Of a stretch of DNA of 64,000 nt, positions 19,120 to 28,565 are shown in pieces. Positions within the stretch are counted from its first letter, which is position 1. The number at the start of each line of letters is the position of its first letter. The notes under the pieces are model-generated. The model saw only the letters and a list, made by a program, of their open reading frames with translations, was not told where the DNA came from and did not search any database. Both the position numbers and the translations under genes were made by a program. Location of the stretch: positions 186,001-250,000 of IMG/VR virus record IMGVR_UViG_3300020442_000005; one strand, 5' to 3'.

Positions 19120-20709
19120 ATGCCTGAAGCAGCGAAGAAAAAGTTAATATTTCATGACGAAGCCCGATCTATACTTTTAGACGGAGTGAACAAGTTGGCT
19201 GATGCTGTCAGTGTTACAATGGGTCCGGGTGGTCTTAATGTAGTAATACAAAGAGAGAACTCGGTACCTATTCTAACAAAGGACGGTGTGACTGTTGCAC
19301 GTGCAATTAATTTACCAGATGAAATGGAAAATTTGGGAGTGCAGCTAGTGAAAGAGGCAGCTCAAGGGGCAGCTGATATAGCCGGAGATGGTACAACTAC
19401 ATCGACCGTGTTGGCTCGTGAAATTTTCTCGCTGGGCTTGAGAGCCATGGCCGCTGGAAACAGTTCCGTCGATATTAGGGAAGGCCTGCGCCAAGCCGGC
19501 GAGGAAGCTATCAAGCTGATAAACCAAAACTCGATACCAATTCAGACTGACGAACAAATAAAGCAGGTTGGTACCATATCAGCAAACGGTGAGGAAGAAA
19601 TCGGTCAGTATTTAGCAAACGCAATGTCCGCAGTCGGAAGAGAAGGCATCATTGCAGTTGAAGAAGCGAAGGGCTTTAAAACCAGTCTTGAAAAAGTGTC
19701 AGGTACCAGAATCGACCGAGGATTCGTAAGCCCATATTTTATTAACAATGCAGCGAAAAGTCATTGCGTTCTTAATAAACCAAAGGTACTACTTGCCAAC
19801 AGAAAAATTAGCTCGATGCGTGAACTGTTGCCGTTGTTAGAAGCTGCGCATGAACGTCAGAAACCAATATTGATTATTGCGGATGAAGTGGAAGGCGAGG
19901 CTTTAAACGGACTTGTAGTAAACGCCTCCAATGGAACTATCAAGGTTTGCGTAATCAGACCGCCAGAGTTCGGTCAAAATAGACTAGGTGCAATGGAGGA
20001 TTTGGCAGTCCTTTTGGGAACAAAAGTATATCGATCATCTGATGATCTTGCAACCGTAAATTTTGACACTCTCGGTACCGCAAAAAAGATTACTGTCAAA
20101 AAAACAGAGACAGTTATTCTTGAGCCAGGAGGAGACGAGGTTGAAATAGTCAAACAGAAGGATTCTATCCGTGAAGAACTTGCCACACCTGGACTGGAAA
20201 AATCTCTGAACGACGCCCTGCAACGAAGGTTGTCACGATTGGCAGACGGAATTGCAATTATAAGAGTTGGTGGCGCAACGGAAGCAGAGCTAAGAGAAAG
20301 AAAGGATCGAGTCGAAGACGCTTTACACGCAACGAGAGCCGCTGCAAATAAAGGGATTCTACCGGGTGGAGGAACGGCATTGCTGAGAGTTTCAGAAAAA
20401 ATAAAAGTTCCAGACGATGAACGTCTGCATGCAGGTTTTAGAATAATACAATTGGCCTGTAGAAAACCACTTACTCAAATCGTAAATAATGCTGGAATGG
20501 TACCCGAAGTAATTATTGAAAAGGTGTTGGCATCAGATAACTTTGATTATGGGTATAACGCTAGAACAAACACTTTTGGAGATTTGAAGGAAATGGGAGT
20601 CATTGATCCAACTTTAGTCCTGGTGTCAGCTTTAAGACACAGTGTTTCAGCGGCAGATAATTTGCTCAGCGTAGCCTGTGCAATGCATGATATAGATTCT
20701 AAATTCTAG
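19120..20709 (+). CDS. groEL: group I chaperonin GroEL
   Basis: LADAVSVTMGPGG, TKDGVTVA, AGDGTTT, QVGTISANG, RVEDALHATRAA, PGGG, GVIDP; no GGM tail. Confidence 0.95.
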   Translation: MPEAAKKKLIFHDEARSILLDGVNKLADAVSVTMGPGGLNVVIQRENSVPILTKDGVTVARAINLPDEMENLGVQLVKEAAQGAADIAGDGTTTSTVLAREIFSLGLRAMAAGNSSVDIREGLRQAGEEAIKLINQNSIPIQTDEQIKQVGTISANGEEEIGQYLANAMSAVGREGIIAVEEAKGFKTSLEKVSGTRIDRGFVSPYFINNAAKSHCVLNKPKVLLANRKISSMRELLPLLEAAHERQKPILIIADEVEGEALNGLVVNASNGTIKVCVIRPPEFGQNRLGAMEDLAVLLGTKVYRSSDDLATVNFDTLGTAKKITVKKTETVILEPGGDEVEIVKQKDSIREELATPGLEKSLNDALQRRLSRLADGIAIIRVGGATEAELRERKDRVEDALHATRAAANKGILPGGGTALLRVSEKIKVPDDERLHAGFRIIQLACRKPLTQIVNNAGMVPEVIIEKVLASDNFDYGYNARTNTFGDLKEMGVIDPTLVLVSALRHSVSAADNLLSVACAMHDIDSKF

Positions 20710-20746
20710 AATTTGGAATTTAATATTTTTTTTATTAAAAAACCTG

Positions 20747-20777
20747 TGTACTTTTGTGCACAGGTGATTAAATTATA
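20747..20777 (+). promoter_or_regulatory. promoter TGTACTT-N15-TAAATTATA upstream of the sigma gene
   Basis: Same fixed spacing as the other instances. Confidence 0.6.
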
Positions 20778-20826
20778 GATGATTGCACAAAATGCAATTA
20801 ATACTTAACTTTATTTTGGGGGTCGA

Positions 20827-21528
20827 ATGAGACAAATATCGCACAAACTATTGACAGCTGACGAAGAGAAAGAGTTAGCAAAATTAATCGAAAAGGGAGA
20901 TCGTCGTGCGCGAGACAAAATGATCTGCTGCAATCTCAGATTAGCGCTTTCAATTGCTAACCAGTATAGAAAATCTGGTCTGCCAATGGAGGATATATCA
21001 CAAGAAGCAAATGTTGGTTTGATCAAGGCTGTCGACAGATTCGACTGGAGAAAGGGATTCAAGTTCAGCACATATGCAGTGTGGTGGATTAAACAATCGA
21101 TTAGAAGATATATCTCCTCTCAAGGAACTCACATTAAATTTCCAGCTGGATCTCGTCATACGATATATAAGATCGAAAAGCTGAGAAAAGAATACTTCGA
21201 CGATTTTGGCGTTTATCCAGACGACAAAGAAATTGCAGAAATCATGGGTATGTCGAAAGACGTCGTGTCATCGATTAGGGCTGGAATGCAATGGCCTGTA
21301 AACATCGACCAGCCCATGAAAGGATTTGAGGGTAGAACTTATGCTGAAGTGATCCCTGATGAAGATTCGACTATGCACGAAGAGATGATCGATCGCGATA
21401 CAATTATTAATCTAATCAAAACAGGGTTTAGCTCACTAACTAAACAAGAGGAAATGGTTCTAAGACTACGTTTCGGCATTAAGGAATCCGATACAGATAC
21501 TGAAAAATTTCCTTCAACCAATCAATAA
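20827..21528 (+). CDS. sigma-70 family factor, regions 1.2-4.1 only
   Basis: NLRLALSIA, QEANVGLIKAVDRFD, GFKFSTYAVWWIKQSI; ends soon after VLRLRFGI without the region 4.2 HTH. Confidence 0.9.
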   Translation: MRQISHKLLTADEEKELAKLIEKGDRRARDKMICCNLRLALSIANQYRKSGLPMEDISQEANVGLIKAVDRFDWRKGFKFSTYAVWWIKQSIRRYISSQGTHIKFPAGSRHTIYKIEKLRKEYFDDFGVYPDDKEIAEIMGMSKDVVSSIRAGMQWPVNIDQPMKGFEGRTYAEVIPDEDSTMHEEMIDRDTIINLIKTGFSSLTKQEEMVLRLRFGIKESDTDTEKFPSTNQ

Positions 21529-21547
21529 TTAAACAGGAGAAATATAT

Positions 21548-21820
21548 ATGTCTATGCCAAAAGGATTTAAATCGGAAAATGGTTACGCCACCGTCACAGG
21601 AACAGATGGGTTGGGCTACAGAGAAATTGCAGAAAAAATGACAAGTGATGGTATAAAAATGAATCACGCAACAGCAAGAAATTATTTTATTCGCGCAATG
21701 AAAAAGATCGCGAAACCCCTAGCTGGCCACAGTGAAAGAAGCCCTGATAAGTTAGCAGCAGATCCAGGGTTTCAAGGAGCTGTAGCTACACTCATGAAGG
21801 AAAAGAAACTTGTATTATAA
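21548..21820 (+). CDS. small HTH protein resembling sigma region 4.2
   Basis: YREIAEKM....MNHATARNYFIRAMKKI; own AGGAG RBS. Confidence 0.55.
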   Translation: MSMPKGFKSENGYATVTGTDGLGYREIAEKMTSDGIKMNHATARNYFIRAMKKIAKPLAGHSERSPDKLAADPGFQGAVATLMKEKKLVL

Positions 21821-22097
21821 AATGCTTAAGCTGGAGTTCGCAAACATGGCTGCTCATACAGCCTTGGTTGAAGCCTGTGATTGGGATGAGTCGCAGGCTG
21901 CTTCTGTTATCGAAGTCGTGTCAGAATTTTTAGATCAGTTGAAGCCTGATCGGGATATGAAATGGGAAGATTTTAGGGAACTCATAAGATCTTACATGGC
22001 AAACATATACGGCGAAATAATTTCTGATATAATTATAAACATACTCGAAGCAAAAGCTGATGAAGTAAAATTTTATTCGGAGATTGATAATGATTGA
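21810..22097 (+). CDS. hypothetical protein
   Basis: Overlapping ORF in operon. Confidence 0.6.
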   Translation: MYYKMLKLEFANMAAHTALVEACDWDESQAASVIEVVSEFLDQLKPDRDMKWEDFRELIRSYMANIYGEIISDIIINILEAKADEVKFYSEIDND

Positions 22098-22347
22098 TTG
22101 GGAATTTTATTCAAAAAGAAGAAATATTGACTTAGCCAAATTTATTGTTTTAAACGACGTAGAAACATATGATGCTCTTGTTAGCCTCTTGGCTGCCAAA
22201 GGAGTTAATCCTCCAGAAAAAGGTTTGTTTCAGTCAGCATATGCAGTCGCCTTTCCTCCAATAGCGCCTAAGCCGCGGCGTAAAACAACTAAACGCACGA
22301 CTGGTAAATCAACTAAGAAAACCTCAAAACCTAGAACAAAGAAGTAA
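22084..22347 (+). CDS. hypothetical protein with basic C-terminal tail
   Basis: K/T/R-rich tail. Confidence 0.6.
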   Translation: MIMIDWEFYSKRRNIDLAKFIVLNDVETYDALVSLLAAKGVNPPEKGLFQSAYAVAFPPIAPKPRRKTTKRTTGKSTKKTSKPRTKK

Positions 22348-22348
22348 C

Positions 22349-22912
22349 ATGCTAAAGAAAATACTTAAATGGCCCAACAAAACATTGCAAACCCCATCGG
22401 TTGCTGTTACGGCGTTTGATGACGAACTTGAAAAAACCATTGTTGATCTTGTCGACACATGTCGGGTAAACTACGGTGCTGGGCTAGCTGCTCCTCAAAT
22501 AGGGGTAAACAAGAAAATTGTGATAATCAAGACGTCAGGGTTAACTGAAGAAAACTTAAGTCCGGCGTCGTACAATCCAGATTATATGGTTTTAATTAAT
22601 CCGATTCTGGAACTAGATGGCGATGAGATTGAGTGGAGAGAGGCATGCCTTAGCGTTCCCGATGTTAGTGGAAAAGTAAAGCGAAAAAAGAGATGCTCGG
22701 TTGTATTTATGGACGAGAAGGGTGACACAAAAAAGATAAATGCTGACTGGCCCTTTTCTGGAGTCTTGCAGCACGAAATAGATCATTTAGAAGGGATAGT
22801 TTATCTTAACAAAATGGACAAACGAAAGAGGACTGCTTTAGTGTGGGAGCTGAGTCGCAACAAACGAAAAAAATACATCGAAGCAAAAAGGAAGAGAAGA
22901 AATGCAAGATGA
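22349..22912 (+). CDS. def: peptide deformylase
   Basis: GAGLAAPQIG, EACLSVP, QHEIDHLEG. Confidence 0.93.
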   Translation: MLKKILKWPNKTLQTPSVAVTAFDDELEKTIVDLVDTCRVNYGAGLAAPQIGVNKKIVIIKTSGLTEENLSPASYNPDYMVLINPILELDGDEIEWREACLSVPDVSGKVKRKKRCSVVFMDEKGDTKKINADWPFSGVLQHEIDHLEGIVYLNKMDKRKRTALVWELSRNKRKKYIEAKRKRRNAR

Positions 22913-23189
22913 TTTAAAGATATACGCTGGGCGAAAACACTTAGGTCCGCTTGATAAAGCCGTCATAAGTATTACAAAGGCAAGACTCGAGTTTGCAAAA
23001 ACAATGTTACTAGATTCTTTTATTAAAGAGATCCAGAATCTAGAACAGCTTTTAGAACGTGATGACTTATTAGATTATGAGAAAAAGGTTTATGAAATGG
23101 CATTGCAGATTAAAGAAGAAGAACTACAAAATTTTTTAGGTATTCCAGATGATAGAAAAAATACGAATGATAAATTATCTGAAACGTAG
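22902..23189 (+). CDS. hypothetical protein
   Basis: Overlapping ORF in operon. Confidence 0.6.
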   Translation: MQDDLKIYAGRKHLGPLDKAVISITKARLEFAKTMLLDSFIKEIQNLEQLLERDDLLDYEKKVYEMALQIKEEELQNFLGIPDDRKNTNDKLSET

Positions 23190-23376
23190 ATACGACGAGT
23201 ACTCGCCAAAGAGATTAGGATCTGCAATGGAGTCAATCATAAATAGACTTCTAGAAAGCGGCCACTATGAAAAAGAATTTTTATTGGACGTGATTGAAGA
23301 TTTAAGTCAGCGAAAATGGACGAAAGCTAAGATAGTAGCCTATCTAGACATTCTTGATGTTGAGGAGAGAACATGA
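23149..23376 (+). CDS. hypothetical protein (start uncertain)
   Basis: Overlapping ORF in operon. Confidence 0.55.
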   Translation: MIEKIRMINYLKRRYDEYSPKRLGSAMESIINRLLESGHYEKEFLLDVIEDLSQRKWTKAKIVAYLDILDVEERT

Positions 23377-23675
23377 AAAAAAACGGCAAGCATGAGGCTC
23401 AAGTAATTGATATAACTGAACATATCAAGAAAAGAAAGCTTCAAAACGCAATAAAGCAAGAGCAGCTCAATGATACGGAAAGCGATTTGAGCGAACTCAT
23501 TGAATTAATGGAACTGGGTACCGACGATATAGCCGGAACACTAGTCGCGCGACACATATACAATGTTGACTTGTTGCCTGGAATATCAACTCAAGACTTA
23601 ATGAAAGAACTTAAAATTAGAGTAGTACATCACACAACTCTTTTAGAAGATCTTGAGGATAAACTTAATGATTGA
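23373..23675 (+). CDS. hypothetical protein
   Basis: GGAG RBS; ATGA overlap. Confidence 0.6.
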   Translation: MKKNGKHEAQVIDITEHIKKRKLQNAIKQEQLNDTESDLSELIELMELGTDDIAGTLVARHIYNVDLLPGISTQDLMKELKIRVVHHTTLLEDLEDKLND

Positions 23676-23970
23676 CCACATTGCAATCCAAGTTGAGTCT
23701 ATCGAAGATTCTGTAAAATGGTATTGTGATAGATTCGGCGGTGAAATATTATACTCGGACGAAACTTGGGCAATGATAGATATGGGAAACGTAAAATTGG
23801 CATTAACGATTCCATCGCAACACCCGCCACACATTGCAATAAAAATTAAATCGATCGATGATTTTCCCAAAAACAAAAAAATAAAGACCCACCGTGACGG
23901 GTCTTTGTTTGTTTATCAATCTGACGATTGTGGTAATGTTATTGAATATATCTACTATCCAGAATCTTAA
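23668..23970 (+). CDS. VOC/glyoxalase family protein
   Basis: IDHIAIQV..IEDSVKWY..RFG; PHIAI; IEYI. Confidence 0.75.
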   Translation: MIDHIAIQVESIEDSVKWYCDRFGGEILYSDETWAMIDMGNVKLALTIPSQHPPHIAIKIKSIDDFPKNKKIKTHRDGSLFVYQSDDCGNVIEYIYYPES

Positions 23971-24572
23971 CCTTCGACTTCTGCAGCTGAGTCAACAACG
24001 CTTTCAGGTACTTGTTCACCCTCTTTGTCTCCACCCGGAAGATACTTGAGAATCATATCGATGCCTGGTACAACACTTAAAACTTCGCTCCAGGATAGAT
24101 TGCAAAGAGAATCAGCAACTTTTTCAGCCATTTCCTCCGCCGGCTCCCCAAAAATAGTTTGCAGCTTTTGCGAAAACTCTCCATCTTTATCTAATCCCAA
24201 CGTTTTTGGAATGTCCTGCACGATCAAACCTATTAGAGTTGAAGAAAACTTCTGTAGGGTTTCTTTGCAGCCACCTTTACCCATTACGATATTGGCAATA
24301 TCTTTGATACCCGATTTCTCAAAGAACTTTGTGATTGCAGTGGCACCGATTCCTTTAGGTTCAATTTTAAGCATGTCAACGACTGCTTTACCAACTGCCT
24401 TTTTAACTCCACCAAAAGCTCCATCAGCCAAATCTGTAAAGAAATCAAATATTCCTTCGTTGAGTGACCGGATTCTTTGAGTTTCTCTGTATTCCAGCAA
24501 GATTGAATGTCTTACGTATGATCTTATTTGAGATTCAATAATAAGATCTCGTCTACTTTGCGTGTAGTACAT
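23967..24572 (-). CDS. hypothetical protein (IRSYVRHSILLE motif)
   Basis: Minus-strand ORF with GAGGAG RBS. Confidence 0.65.
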   Translation of the reverse strand: MYYTQSRRDLIIESQIRSYVRHSILLEYRETQRIRSLNEGIFDFFTDLADGAFGGVKKAVGKAVVDMLKIEPKGIGATAITKFFEKSGIKDIANIVMGKGGCKETLQKFSSTLIGLIVQDIPKTLGLDKDGEFSQKLQTIFGEPAEEMAEKVADSLCNLSWSEVLSVVPGIDMILKYLPGGDKEGEQVPESVVDSAAEVEG

Positions 24573-24628
24573 TGTTTATACTCCTCATTTATACTTGTAT
24601 AATTATATGGCTAATGAGCAAAATGTAA

Positions 24629-25360
24629 TTATTTTTTCTTTGATGACTTCTTCTTCTTGCCACCTTTCTTTTTCTTAACTACAGCCCATGATTTTGATGG
24701 AGTAGCAGAATTAACTCTTGCATGTGCCCATTGGTGTTGTGACATCCCTTTTCGCGAACCGCTGCTCGCCCAAGCTGCAAGTCCTTTTTCGAACTCTCTA
24801 TATACGGAGCTACGGGTTAAACCACGTTTGTCTGCTTTTTTATCGAGTGATTTTTTTGTTTTGGCTGAAAGTTTTTCCAACAAAATTTTGCGAACTAATG
24901 CACGTGCATAAGCCTCGTTCTTTCGTTCCTTCTTTTCCATTTTTTCTCTCCTGTTGTATGCTCTCTGTTCCAGTTCTTTGGCCTTTCCGGTTTTGCCTTG
25001 TTTCCGAAGTTTTTTGGCTTTTTTTAAATCTTCTTGGGTTTTATCTAGTTGTTTGTCCCTTTTTGATCCTTCGGGGGCACCATATTGTTTTAAGTGTCCT
25101 GACGAATCCTTTGCAGCCTCTGTAAGTTCGTCGATTTCTTCAAGCAATTCGTCTAGTGTTTCGTCAACTTCTCGTGGCCCGCCTTCAATAGCAGCGCGCT
25201 GTCCGGATGCGCCTTTTTTTGACGTGTGGCAACCGGCTTTTACATAGCCTTGACTGTCTTTCTTTTTCTTTGTCGGACTTTTAGGTTTATACTTGAGGAC
25301 GTATTTTCCTTTTTTACCATCCGATCTAGTACAATTCTGTTTAACTGTTTTATATGGCAT
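24629..25360 (-). CDS. highly basic modular protein, probable virion protein
   Basis: K-rich; LVRKILLE motif; GLAAWASSG...HQWAHARVNS module. Confidence 0.65.
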   Translation of the reverse strand: MPYKTVKQNCTRSDGKKGKYVLKYKPKSPTKKKKDSQGYVKAGCHTSKKGASGQRAAIEGGPREVDETLDELLEEIDELTEAAKDSSGHLKQYGAPEGSKRDKQLDKTQEDLKKAKKLRKQGKTGKAKELEQRAYNRREKMEKKERKNEAYARALVRKILLEKLSAKTKKSLDKKADKRGLTRSSVYREFEKGLAAWASSGSRKGMSQHQWAHARVNSATPSKSWAVVKKKKGGKKKKSSKKK

Positions 25361-25377
25361 TATTAACTCCTGAGATC

Positions 25378-25776
25378 CTATCGCACGCCGTGCATTGATC
25401 TTAAGGCTTCTATGTTTGGAATCTTTTGTGCTGCATTTGGTCTCACGATAGACAAAAGAACGGCCTCTAATTGAACGCGTTCTTTTTCTTCCGGGTTGAA
25501 CATTCTGAAAGTCGGAGACATAAGTGGAGCGGAAGCTAGGTATTGTGGATCTATGCTTCGTATGAAATCTTGGAGATTTAATCCTTCAAATTCACCATTG
25601 TATCCACTAAAGGCAACCCTTGCCTTTTCGTAGAAATCTGGATATTTACTTTGGATATCAGCCCATTCTTGAAATTTGCCAAACCCGCCCATTGGTCGGT
25701 TGCCTCTTCGGCCGTAGCTAGAATTAAACGTCTCTAAAATAATTCTTCTAATTTGGGTTCTTGTTAATTTCATCAT
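25378..25776 (-). CDS. hypothetical protein with leader MKLTRTQIRRIILET
   Basis: ATGA overlap with the upstream gene. Confidence 0.65.
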   Translation of the reverse strand: MMKLTRTQIRRIILETFNSSYGRRGNRPMGGFGKFQEWADIQSKYPDFYEKARVAFSGYNGEFEGLNLQDFIRSIDPQYLASAPLMSPTFRMFNPEEKERVQLEAVLLSIVRPNAAQKIPNIEALRSMHGVR

Positions 25777-26660
25777 GAACTCCACGTCTCTGGCCGAGGA
25801 CCACCTCTGTAAAATCCTATTCTCATCTGATCAACAACATTGAAGGCTTTAGTGAATCCTTTCACCGCATCTCTCTCGTCTTGAGAATTTTTAATTAGAT
25901 GATCCATCATAGAATACTTTTCAATATCTCTCATTACGCCTTCTCTACTGGGATTTTGTCCAGCAAAACCCATGCCAGGAACTCGATTGGTCTCGGCAAC
26001 TCTTCGGAAGAACGTATAGTATCCAACTTTGTAGGCTTGGCTTCTGTTGTATCGATCCATCGTTTTAAATCTAGGAGATCCAAACATGTCATCGTAATCA
26101 AGAATATCCTGCCATGCAATGTCGAGAGCAATTGAAAGCTCTGTTGGTCGACCATTATTGTGATATGCCGACATCAGATCTGGCTGGTAGTGTTTTTGTC
26201 GAGCCTCACCTATTATGCCTTCTTCGATTATTCGCTCACCCCGAGGCATATCCTCATCGAATCCTTGTGGACCAGGGTCTGTTTTACGGTATTCGTCAAC
26301 AAGATATTCGTATGCGCCTTCTTCGAATTCTCTTTCATAGGGCGCAAAAGCATATTCATCTACGGGATGGTCATCACCATAAAACTTCATGAAGTTGTAC
26401 CCCATTATGTACGCAAACTCATAACCATCCGAATCTGCATTTAAATGTCCACCCTTGTTAAGCCAATCCATTATCTGGCCTATTAAACCTGCATGATCGA
26501 TTTTATAAGCATCTGCCAGACTAATGGCTTGCAGATGATCACTTTTTCTGCCGGTGTAGTATTGATACAATTTCTTAAGTTGATGATCTGGTATGACGTA
26601 CAGCTGTTGCTCAATTGATTCTCTAATGATCTGCCTAAGTTGTCTTTTTGTGATTTTCAT
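25773..26660 (-). CDS. hypothetical protein with leader MKITKRQLRQIIRES
   Basis: Start reassigned to the ATG 2 nt after the upstream stop. Confidence 0.7.
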   Translation of the reverse strand: MKITKRQLRQIIRESIEQQLYVIPDHQLKKLYQYYTGRKSDHLQAISLADAYKIDHAGLIGQIMDWLNKGGHLNADSDGYEFAYIMGYNFMKFYGDDHPVDEYAFAPYEREFEEGAYEYLVDEYRKTDPGPQGFDEDMPRGERIIEEGIIGEARQKHYQPDLMSAYHNNGRPTELSIALDIAWQDILDYDDMFGSPRFKTMDRYNRSQAYKVGYYTFFRRVAETNRVPGMGFAGQNPSREGVMRDIEKYSMMDHLIKNSQDERDAVKGFTKAFNVVDQMRIGFYRGGPRPETWSS

Positions 26661-26661
26661 A

Positions 26662-27099
26662 TTACCATAAATCCTTGCAAGCCCAGTGTCTAGCTGAAAG
26701 TTTATTATTCTTAGTTGATTGTAAATCACACTTGTGTCTGGCTCTGAAGCTTTTTCGTCTTTTGGGATCTTTGTGCTGACTAAAATGCTGCATACCTCGA
26801 TGTCCGTAATGGATGATTTTTTCTTTCCCATCTTGACATGCTTTTACGGTTTTCTTTTTCTTACTTCCGGCAGCAGCCCTACGCGGTTTATTACATTTCA
26901 TTTTGTCTTTATCAAGTTTCTTCTTTTTTGCTTCGTCGACATCAGCTTCCCGAAGATCTGTCTCGTTTTTTGGAACGCAGTTTGGCACAAGTCGGTTTCC
27001 TTTTTTCTTCATTCCAACTTGCTTGTGGCTCTTCCAACAGGCTTCAAGAATTACTGTTCTGATTGCTCTTCGCAGCTTCATTTCATTTCTATAATTCAT
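26662..27099 (-). CDS. basic Cys/His-containing modular protein
   Basis: LRRAIRTVILE, CWKSHKQVGMKKKGNRLVPNCVP, RKSFRARHKC..WACKDLW. Confidence 0.7.
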   Translation of the reverse strand: MNYRNEMKLRRAIRTVILEACWKSHKQVGMKKKGNRLVPNCVPKNETDLREADVDEAKKKKLDKDKMKCNKPRRAAAGSKKKKTVKACQDGKEKIIHYGHRGMQHFSQHKDPKRRKSFRARHKCDLQSTKNNKLSARHWACKDLW

Positions 27100-27100
27100 G

Positions 27101-27128
27101 TGTAAAATTCCAAAAAATCATCTATAAT
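27101..27128 (+). promoter_or_regulatory. promoter TGTAAAA-N15-TATAAT
   Basis: Upstream of uvsE in a divergent intergenic region. Confidence 0.55.
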
Positions 27129-27202
27129 AATGTGTGTGTATTATATAGTCTAATTATATTCTATATACGGAATCTTCATAATTATTTACAAAGGAGTCAA
27201 CT

Positions 27203-28141
27203 ATGTCCGGTTCAATTAATCTTGGTTACGCATGTATCAACATGTATTTGTCAGAAACAGAAAAAAATACACCAGCTCGAACGTGTCGCAAAGCAACGTT
27301 TCTGGAAAAAGGTTTGCCTCATGTCGGTATGTTGTTCGAACAAAACATTTGCAATCTCATTGCGATTCTCAAGTGGAATTACCGCAATGGTTTCACTTTG
27401 TACCGTATGTCATCAGATATGGCTCCATGGTGTTCAGAATACAACCTAGAAGACCTTCCAAACTGGGAAACATGTAAAGACTTACTCGCCAAAGCCGGCG
27501 CGTACGCTCGCGAAACTGGACAACGTTTGTCATTCCATCCCGGGGCATTTACCGTTCTAGCAGGTAAAAATCCAGCAACACTAAAGAAATCACTCCATGA
27601 GCTTGAAATCCATGGCAAAATTATGGATACGATGGGATTACCACGTTCCCGATATGCAAAAATCAACATTCATCTTGGTGGTGCATATGGCGACAAAGAC
27701 GCAGCAATTGCTCGGTTTATTGAGAACTACAAAAAGCTATCACCAGCGGTTACTACACGTCTGACGCTAGAAAACGATGATCGACCCAATCTGTATACAA
27801 CGCGTGATCTTGTTGAAAAAGTTTTTCCACACACAGGCATCCCAGTCGTGTTTGACTATCATCATCACTTATGCCATCCTGGTGACGACACAGCCGAGCA
27901 GGCTCTTGATCTTGCAGTTTCTACGTGGGGCGACGTGAAACCAGTTACCCATTATTCTGAGACTGCGCAAAAGGACAAGCCCAAAGCTGTCTTCCGTGCG
28001 CACAGCATCATGGTCGAAGGCTATATCAATACGTACGGCCATGACATCGATTGTGTAATCGAAGCTAAAGGTAAAGAGCGCGCTGTGCAAGGTTATCTAG
28101 CTCTATACGGCAAGGAAAACACGTGTCCTGAGGTTGCGTAA
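27203..28141 (+). CDS. uvsE: UV damage endonuclease (UvdE/UvsE)
   Basis: LGYACIN, YRMSSD, RLSFHPG, INIHLGG, LENDD, VFDYHHH, HYSE, IEAKGKE. Confidence 0.92.
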   Translation: MSGSINLGYACINMYLSETEKNTPARTCRKATFLEKGLPHVGMLFEQNICNLIAILKWNYRNGFTLYRMSSDMAPWCSEYNLEDLPNWETCKDLLAKAGAYARETGQRLSFHPGAFTVLAGKNPATLKKSLHELEIHGKIMDTMGLPRSRYAKINIHLGGAYGDKDAAIARFIENYKKLSPAVTTRLTLENDDRPNLYTTRDLVEKVFPHTGIPVVFDYHHHLCHPGDDTAEQALDLAVSTWGDVKPVTHYSETAQKDKPKAVFRAHSIMVEGYINTYGHDIDCVIEAKGKERAVQGYLALYGKENTCPEVA

Positions 28142-28512
28142 TGCCGGCCAAAAAAGTTAAAAAACCGATAAAAAACAACAATCTAGATTTTATTGCAACC
28201 TATTTGTTTGAGTATCCCGGTTCGTCTGCAACCGATGTTCGCCGAGCGCTTTGGATATATCGTAATAGAAAATGGTCAGACATCGATCAGAAAGGTTTTT
28301 CGGAAAGAACAACATACGTATCGTATTTCCACATTTCGAAAGGACAATCCCACCGCGGTTATGCTGGAAAATTTTGGGTGAAGCGGAATAGAAACAGTTG
28401 GATACTCACTGCTGATGGATTGTATCGCGTAAGGCAGAAATTAATTAAACGTGTACATTCAATTAATAGAAAAATTGTTAAGCAAAAAATGTGTAGGCGT
28501 GGCGCAAACTAG
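28141..28512 (+). CDS. basic hypothetical protein
   Basis: TAATG coupling. Confidence 0.55.
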   Translation: MPAKKVKKPIKNNNLDFIATYLFEYPGSSATDVRRALWIYRNRKWSDIDQKGFSERTTYVSYFHISKGQSHRGYAGKFWVKRNRNSWILTADGLYRVRQKLIKRVHSINRKIVKQKMCRRGAN

Positions 28513-28565
28513 ATAAATTATATATGTAAGGAGAAACCTTGCAGGTACATTATGGAGTAAATATG
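28492..28565 (+). promoter_or_regulatory. promoter plus duplicated 5' leader (second copy at 60195..60265)
   Basis: TGT-N19-TAAATTATATAT then gtaaggagaaaccttgca...ggagtaaatATG. Confidence 0.7.

Noticed and set aside
21500-21560. Sequencing frameshift as the cause of the truncated sigma
   Set aside because: The downstream ORF has its own strong RBS and an extra N-terminal segment. Not fully excluded without reads.
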